DNA of 64,000 nucleotides. Source: Gekko japonicus. Its lineage: Eukaryota. Below the pieces are notes generated by a model. It did not search any database and was not told where the DNA came from. It saw only the letters and a list, made by a program, of their open reading frames with translations. The stretch covers positions 1,441,419 through 1,505,418 of the forward strand of contig NW_015166426.1 in NCBI RefSeq assembly GCF_001447785.1, in the 5' to 3' direction. Both the position numbers and the translations under genes were made by a program. Shown piece after piece: positions 63,697-64,000 of the stretch (positions are counted from its first letter, which is position 1; each line of letters begins with the position of its first letter).

Positions 63697-64000
63697 TGCT
63701 GGTGATCACAGGACCTATATGCACAAAAGCAGTGTGGGACAGAGGCTGTAGTACAGAAGAGAATCGGATAAGACTGAAAACAAAAAGGTGGCTGGATCCA
63801 ACACCCTGTTTATTATCTTGGAGAAACTGTGGTTCTCACCCTCACTAGTCCACCCAGACCGAGTCGCTCTGGAAGGCACTTCCATTGGCAAGGCATTGTT
63901 TCCCAAAACAAAAACCAGTAAAATCAGGTGATCAACAATTGCAGTCCATGGTCAAGGATATGCAGCTATTTCATGTGGGGCCATGGGCATCTACGACATA

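Noticed and set aside
63697-64000. Possible LTR-like sequence after the last gap
   Set aside because: Truncated by the gap and the window edge, with no terminal motifs visible.

Overview
Vertebrate intronic DNA, almost certainly from a squamate reptile and most likely a gecko (it carries Sauria, Squam2-like and Squam3-like SINEs, a 5S-derived SINE and Bov-B). The only host coding sequence I can support is one 167-bp internal exon of the glutamate receptor delta-2 gene GRID2 (+ strand, 28903-29069), flanked by very long introns (over 28 kb upstream and over 34 kb downstream). The rest is a dense transposon landscape. It includes the 5' end of a young-looking LTR retrotransposon with a tRNA-Ser(GCT) primer-binding site, three solo LTRs, and a full-length decayed L1 with a 14-bp TSD and a nested CR1. 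There are also CR1, L2 and RTE fragments, several hAT and Harbinger MITE families, and two non-autonomous Helitrons. The most unusual signal is a set of non-coding Penelope-like inserts, three of them TSD-flanked, with recognisable but degenerate hammerhead-ribozyme cores and inverted-repeat architecture. Several long hairpins would be transcribed in the GRID2 pre-mRNA. Family names come from motif recognition only, with no database search. Boundaries without a TSD are approximate.
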